A stretch of DNA of 10,295 nucleotides, taken from assembly GCA_050178385.1 (NCBI GenBank), contig JBFXGD010000128.1:1-10295 (forward strand). Reading direction: 5' to 3'. Below are positions 5,983 to 10,295 of the stretch, piece after piece (position 1 is the stretch's first letter; the number at the start of each line of letters is the position of its first letter). Position numbers and translations under genes: made by a program. Below the pieces are notes generated by a model. That model made no database searches, was not told the origin of the DNA, and saw only the letters and a program-made list of their open reading frames with translations. The DNA comes from Calditrichaceae bacterium. Lineage in GTDB: Bacteria; Calditrichota; Calditrichia; Calditrichales; JBFXGD01.

Positions 5983-7198
5983 TGATTTCCGCCTCTTTGG
6001 AATATGCACTTTCAAAATTATCATAAACCGACGTGACAGTTATGTAATATGTTTTTAGTATCTCCGGTTTTTTTATATCTATTTTTGATTCATTTAAAGG
6101 GTTCTTATTTAATCGGATCCATTTTTCGGTTTTTCCTTTCCGGGCATAGACGTTATATCTCGCTCCGGGAACAACAGACCACTTAATGACCATTCTATTT
6201 CCATTAATCACATAAGTTATTCCGGTGGGCGCGGTTATCTTCTTTGGTATAAAGTATGGCTTTGAAGTGCCCCCTGAATATCGCGGGATATTAAATCTGA
6301 AAGTGAAACCTATTTTATGGGTTGATCCAAGATCTTCTCCGGAAAAATAAGTATAATCAACGATGTATCTATCCGATTGGTTAAAGCCAACACCGAATGC
6401 CGGAGTAAACATTTCACTGCCCGTGAAGCGATTTCCAAGTCTCAGAAAAAATGCTTCAGCGAGGTTGTACTCCGCCCCGCCGTTGATAAGATAATCGGTG
6501 TCCCGTGATTTTACCGCATCCAGAGCGAACTGAAGATCCGTATTTTGAACTTTATACGCCGCGCCGATCCTAATTGTCAGGGGAATCGGCACCGATTCGG
6601 TATCATATTTTATCTCCCCGCCGGCATTCTGAATGGCCGCGCCCAGTGTCAGACCACGAATCATGGTGTGCATATACATCCCGGCGTCAAAAGCGACACC
6701 TCCGGTGGAGAATTCACCGAGTTTGTCCTGAAAATATTTGATCCCGAACCCTATAAAAAAACTGCGGTGAATCTTAAAACCAAGCCCCAGGCTGATAATA
6801 CTGCTGGATACATCGATATTTTCGGTGGGCTGGCCGTAATAATCTTTCCCCTGTATGGATGGCATCCACATATGGGCAATGGAGAAACCAACCCCCAGTT
6901 TTTGCCTGAAATTATAACCCACAAGCAGATTATCAATCCGGATATCTTCAAACCACTGAGTGTGAGTTAATCCCACCGCCCCTTTTGACATATTCGCGAG
7001 TCCTGCCGGATTAAAGTAGAGAGCGTTCTCATCATCTGATATGGCTGTGAATGATTCCGACAATCCGGCCGCCCGGGCGCTCAGGCCGGCGCGTAAAAAA
7101 AGATTGCTGACGGTTCCGGCCGACTCAGCGGCATCTTGCGCCATTCCACTCATAGTGAAGAATAGCGTGAACACCATATATATTAAATATTTCTTCAT
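5972..7198 (-). CDS. PorV/PorQ (UPF0164)-family outer-membrane beta-barrel with an extra C-terminal FN3-like domain
   Basis: Signal peptide MKKYLIYMVFTLFFTMSGMA|Q. Family motifs FLRAGLSARAAGL, DDENALYFNPAGL, HTQWFEDI, GAAIQNAG, P+PLTIRIG, GAEY...LRLG and DYTY...LGSTHKIGFTFRF, followed by 106 more residues. Confidence 0.85.
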   Translation of the reverse strand: MKKYLIYMVFTLFFTMSGMAQDAAESAGTVSNLFLRAGLSARAAGLSESFTAISDDENALYFNPAGLANMSKGAVGLTHTQWFEDIRIDNLLVGYNFRQKLGVGFSIAHMWMPSIQGKDYYGQPTENIDVSSSIISLGLGFKIHRSFFIGFGIKYFQDKLGEFSTGGVAFDAGMYMHTMIRGLTLGAAIQNAGGEIKYDTESVPIPLTIRIGAAYKVQNTDLQFALDAVKSRDTDYLINGGAEYNLAEAFFLRLGNRFTGSEMFTPAFGVGFNQSDRYIVDYTYFSGEDLGSTHKIGFTFRFNIPRYSGGTSKPYFIPKKITAPTGITYVINGNRMVIKWSVVPGARYNVYARKGKTEKWIRLNKNPLNESKIDIKKPEILKTYYITVTSVYDNFESAYSKEAEINVK

Positions 7199-7440
7199 TG
7201 GCTTCCCAACGTTATTGATCTTTCATAAACAAAACTCATGGACATACCATTTAAAAAGGATCACTTGAATGCCAGGAAGAGGTTCGGCTGTTCTTAAATG
7301 TGTTATCAGCAGAATTTTTCAGAGTACCCGGGCGCTGCCGCGGAGTGTATTACCAATTAAATTTTGTGTCTGGAAAAAGTAATCAGTTAAATTCATTAAA
7401 ACAATAACCATTTTAATTATTTCGTGTACCTGCTAAATCA

Positions 7441-8529
7441 TTATAATTTTGCAGCCACCTTCACGAGAGAAGTCGGAGAAATTAACAGATTGGTATAACT
7501 GGCGTTTGCCAGCGGACACGCGCATTCTTTATTCTTTATGCTCCGACGTATTGTTTGAGATGCCGGGCTGTTCCAAACCTTTTTAAAATCATAATTATTT
7601 TCTCTCAGATTACCCATTGAATCCGCCCGAATGCAGCAGGGCCATACATCTCCGTCCGGTGAAATCTGACAGGACGCGATACCCGCGAAACATGGAATTA
7701 TCTGCTTCTGCTGCAGAAGAAATTTTTTAACCATTTCGTAATACTCAAAGCGGAATGCCCTGGCAATCCGCGCGACACCAAATAATTTATTCTTTTTCAT
7801 TTCTGTTTTTAAAAAATCGATAGCAGCAAAGTACTGTTCATGCTCGGGTGTGATCGGCTCATCCATGGTTCCCAGCTCAACCCTTTCCTCAGCGATCTCT
7901 GTGATATAGGAATCCGGTTCCATTTTGATAAGTTCTTTGTAAATTTCCGGAAACCGCTCGACATTAAAATTAGATATCACTGTATGAATTCCAAGTGTGA
8001 AGTTTGGATGTTTTCGCAGCCTGTTCAATTCTTTGTAAGTTTTCATCGCCCGTTCCCAGTTTCCCGGATACCCCCTGATACGGTCATGTTCTTCACCAAT
8101 TTCATCCAGCGATAAGTTTATGATGATATCCGTCTCCGGAGAATTCCTGATGATCTGTTCCACACGCTCCGGGATGATGTGGAACAGACTGCCATTCGTC
8201 GGTATGTTAATGATCCCCGGTTTGCATCTGTCATAGGCCGCTTTGCAGACCTCCACGATATCTTTTCGCAAAAAAGGTTCCCCTCCACTCATTGTAAACC
8301 AGTAAGGCGCTTCACCCAGGCTTGCAAAGGTTTTGTCATACTCATCCACCGTAAAATTGTTGACCCGTTTTTCATACACATTACAGGTCATGCATCGCGA
8401 ATTACACGAATACAATAAACTTATGGTCACATTGACGGGCATCGGCGTTTTACCGCCGATTCTATAAAAGGTCTGAAATTTTGGAATTCTCGACAGTAAC
8501 TGTATTTTCTTTCGTGTGGCTGAGTGCAC
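7441..8529 (-). CDS. Radical SAM protein with a SPASM/Twitch domain
   Basis: CNSRCMTC (CxxxCxxC), SGGEPFLRKD, PTNG and SLD...HDRIRG. C-terminal CFAG..C..PDGDVWPCC...MGNL...W...CAC. GTG start with an AAGGAG RBS. Confidence 0.93.
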   Translation of the reverse strand: MHSATRKKIQLLSRIPKFQTFYRIGGKTPMPVNVTISLLYSCNSRCMTCNVYEKRVNNFTVDEYDKTFASLGEAPYWFTMSGGEPFLRKDIVEVCKAAYDRCKPGIINIPTNGSLFHIIPERVEQIIRNSPETDIIINLSLDEIGEEHDRIRGYPGNWERAMKTYKELNRLRKHPNFTLGIHTVISNFNVERFPEIYKELIKMEPDSYITEIAEERVELGTMDEPITPEHEQYFAAIDFLKTEMKKNKLFGVARIARAFRFEYYEMVKKFLLQQKQIIPCFAGIASCQISPDGDVWPCCIRADSMGNLRENNYDFKKVWNSPASQTIRRSIKNKECACPLANASYTNLLISPTSLVKVAAKL

Positions 8530-8638
8530 TCCGGCTCCTTAAAAAGTAATTGCGGTTATTGAATAAGAAAATTGACGAATTATTTTAAGATCAGTGTTAT
8601 GATGTAACCAAATTATAAGCGGGATTTATCCGAATATT

Positions 8639-10294
8639 TTATTTTTGTAACAAAAGTCGCTTTATAATGGTTTGATCATCCGCGGTAAGACGGTAAAAAT
8701 AGAGTCCGGAAGCGACCGGATGGCCATTTTGATCCATCGAATCCCAACTTAGCAAATATGTGCCTTCACTTAGTGTTCCGTCATAAAGGGTTTTTATCCT
8801 CTGCCCGAGAATATCATAGATATCAAGAACAATCCGGCCAGAACTCTTGTTATCAAGGTTACTTACACTGAATTCAATGGATGTTCTCGCGTTGAAAGGA
8901 TTAGGATAGTTTTGAGCGAGCCTGATGCTGTTTGGTATTCCGGGATCCACAATTTTGAAAATATTCTGAGGGATAAAAGTTATGGTAATTTTCCGGTTTT
9001 CATTTATGCGGCCGTTATAGTCGTGATTAATCAGCTTATAAGTATAAATTTCACCGGTTCGGACCTGCTTGTCCGTATAAAAATATTTCCGTCCGTGACC
9101 GGATGTACCAAGCCCCTCTAAAGCCGAATCAGTCAGATAGGAAGCAATTGAACTAAATATGGAATCTTCCCCGGATTTTCTCCATATTTCAAAACCGCGG
9201 TTTTCAATTTCGCTCGCTGTTGCCCAATTAAGCAGAATTCCTTCTTCGGTCACTGTGCCTTTAAAACTGACCAGTTCCACCGGCAGGGAATTATCGGTTG
9301 TGCTTGAACCGATGGTGAATAAAGAATAGCGTTTTAGTTGCGTGGTCAGACCCCGAACAAGAATGCTGTCCTTATCCGCGATGACATCCTGTGAAGTACC
9401 CGCGATTTCCCACATCCCCGTCTGATCATTCCAAAAACAGATCACCAGATCGGATTCGTTATTTATGGCGCTCCATTCACTGATTCCGGCATATGAGAAA
9501 TTGATGCTGCAATCATAAACGGTCTTATTTGTCACGACCGTATATTTGCCTTTTTCCGCGATATGATCAATCCCGCTGGCGAGATGGCTTCGATTGGTAT
9601 TTTTCCCTTGATTATAAAAAACCGAGACATCACCGGCTGATCCGGACGCAAAATCAATGGAAACCTTATTGTTCCAAAAATTTTCAGCGGGCTGATCACC
9701 GGCGCTGACAGACCGGATCTCATTCAGATCATTTTCCCACCAGGCGAGCTGCCCCGCTATGGTTCCACCGGATTCGATTTTGTCCTGAGCGGTACCGATC
9801 AGATCCATATCACCATCTCCATCCATATCGGCCGCGGAAACAAAATAGGCGTAGGTGAAATCAGTCGTCACCGTATGTTCTGTAAAATTCTGACTTCCGT
9901 CGTTTTCAAACCAGCTTATCGTATTGTCGGTATCCGCGCAGGCGGCGATATCCAAATCACCGTCGCCGTCCAGATCGGCGGCAACGACATTTCTCGTATA
10001 CGTGAATGGCGTTTTAATGGAATTTATCGTATTAAACACACCGCTGCCGTTGTTCGCCCACCATCCGACGGATTTATGTTTATACCCCGCGCCGACGATA
10101 TCCATATCACCGTCTTCATCCAGATCGGCTACGACCGCGTCATTTCCGCCATATGATGTTTGTATAACCTGCTGCTGCGTCCATGAATCGGCGGACACCT
10201 GTTTCCACCAGCGCGCGTCTTCATCGGCAACCGGTATTAAACTAGAGTAACTGAGCCACGACATGCTGACGATATCCGTGAGATTATCCCCGTC
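8639..10294 (-). CDS. FG-GAP/VCBS-repeat secreted protein with a T9SS type A/FlgD-like C-terminal domain, 5'-partial
   Basis: The frame stays open upstream of ATG 10264 to the window edge (DGDNLTDIVSMSW, itself another repeat). DxDxDGDxD repeats, an SLPVELVSF-WATASEIENRGFEI module, and a CTD LAQNYPNPFN...IYDILGQRIKTL...WDS...VASGLYFYRL...KRLLLQK. Confidence 0.9.
   Translation of the reverse strand, partial: DGDNLTDIVSMSWLSYSSLIPVADEDARWWKQVSADSWTQQQVIQTSYGGNDAVVADLDEDGDMDIVGAGYKHKSVGWWANNGSGVFNTINSIKTPFTYTRNVVAADLDGDGDLDIAACADTDNTISWFENDGSQNFTEHTVTTDFTYAYFVSAADMDGDGDMDLIGTAQDKIESGGTIAGQLAWWENDLNEIRSVSAGDQPAENFWNNKVSIDFASGSAGDVSVFYNQGKNTNRSHLASGIDHIAEKGKYTVVTNKTVYDCSINFSYAGISEWSAINNESDLVICFWNDQTGMWEIAGTSQDVIADKDSILVRGLTTQLKRYSLFTIGSSTTDNSLPVELVSFKGTVTEEGILLNWATASEIENRGFEIWRKSGEDSIFSSIASYLTDSALEGLGTSGHGRKYFYTDKQVRTGEIYTYKLINHDYNGRINENRKITITFIPQNIFKIVDPGIPNSIRLAQNYPNPFNARTSIEFSVSNLDNKSSGRIVLDIYDILGQRIKTLYDGTLSEGTYLLSWDSMDQNGHPVASGLYFYRLTADDQTIIKRLLLQK
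9800..10129 (-). repeat. Intragenic FG-GAP-like Ca2+-binding blade repeats, period about 147-150 bp
   Basis: ADLDEDGDMDI (10097-10129), ADLDGDGDLDI (9947-9979) and ADMDGDGDMDL (9800-9832), each followed by a W[WF]xN motif. Confidence 0.85.
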
Positions 10295-10295
10295 A

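Noticed and set aside
5983..6024. Longer start (ATG 6024) for the FN3/Ig protein
   Set aside because: It would give a 53-nt overlap and push the signal peptide inward. ATG 5982 has a plausible RBS.
7319..7411. 30-aa - strand ORF (MVIVLMNLTDYFFQTQNLIGNTLRGSARVL) just downstream of the radical SAM gene as a RiPP precursor
   Set aside because: No RBS, no Cys or leader/core pattern, and no RRE or transporter nearby. Likely a chance ORF.
7199..7440. 242-bp intergenic region with a short GC-rich patch (about 7323-7346) as a riboswitch, ncRNA or sigma54 promoter
   Set aside because: No riboswitch consensus that I recognise, no strong stem, and no TGGCAC-N5-TTGC-like site.
9800..10129. Regularly spaced DNA repeats as a CRISPR array
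   Set aside because: They are degenerate, in-frame, about 150 bp apart and explained by FG-GAP protein repeats.
4474..10250. Remaining short ORFs in the track (4474, 4917, 5184, 5774, 6545, 6751, 7041, 7840, 8179, 8912, 9532, 9875, 9924)
   Set aside because: Nested in or antisense to strong CDSs and lacking protein-like motifs.

Overview
Gene-dense bacterial window, probably from an FCB-group organism of the Calditrichota/KSB1/Ignavibacteria type (inferred from a PorV/PorQ-type barrel gene and two proteins with T9SS/FlgD-like C-terminal domains). The + strand block (1-1955) is a tightly packed trio: the 3' end of a PEP/pyruvate-binding-domain (PpsA-like) gene, a 69-aa zinc-ribbon protein and a glutamate dehydrogenase. 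The rest is on the - strand. In transcription order: a partial FG-GAP-repeat protein with a C-terminal sorting domain, a radical SAM/SPASM enzyme, a PorV/PorQ-family barrel fused to a C-terminal FN3 domain, an overlapping secreted FN3/Ig protein with a sorting domain, an AraC regulator, an XrtA-type polysaccharide deacetylase, a receiver protein with a C-terminal membrane anchor, an intrinsic terminator and YjbQ. No RNA genes, CRISPR arrays or mobile elements were seen. The most notable observations are the tail-anchored receiver behind a sigma28-like promoter, the PorV-FN3/cargo pair, and the PpsA-like/Zn-ribbon/variant GDH operon. All family calls come from motif recognition by eye, not from database searches.
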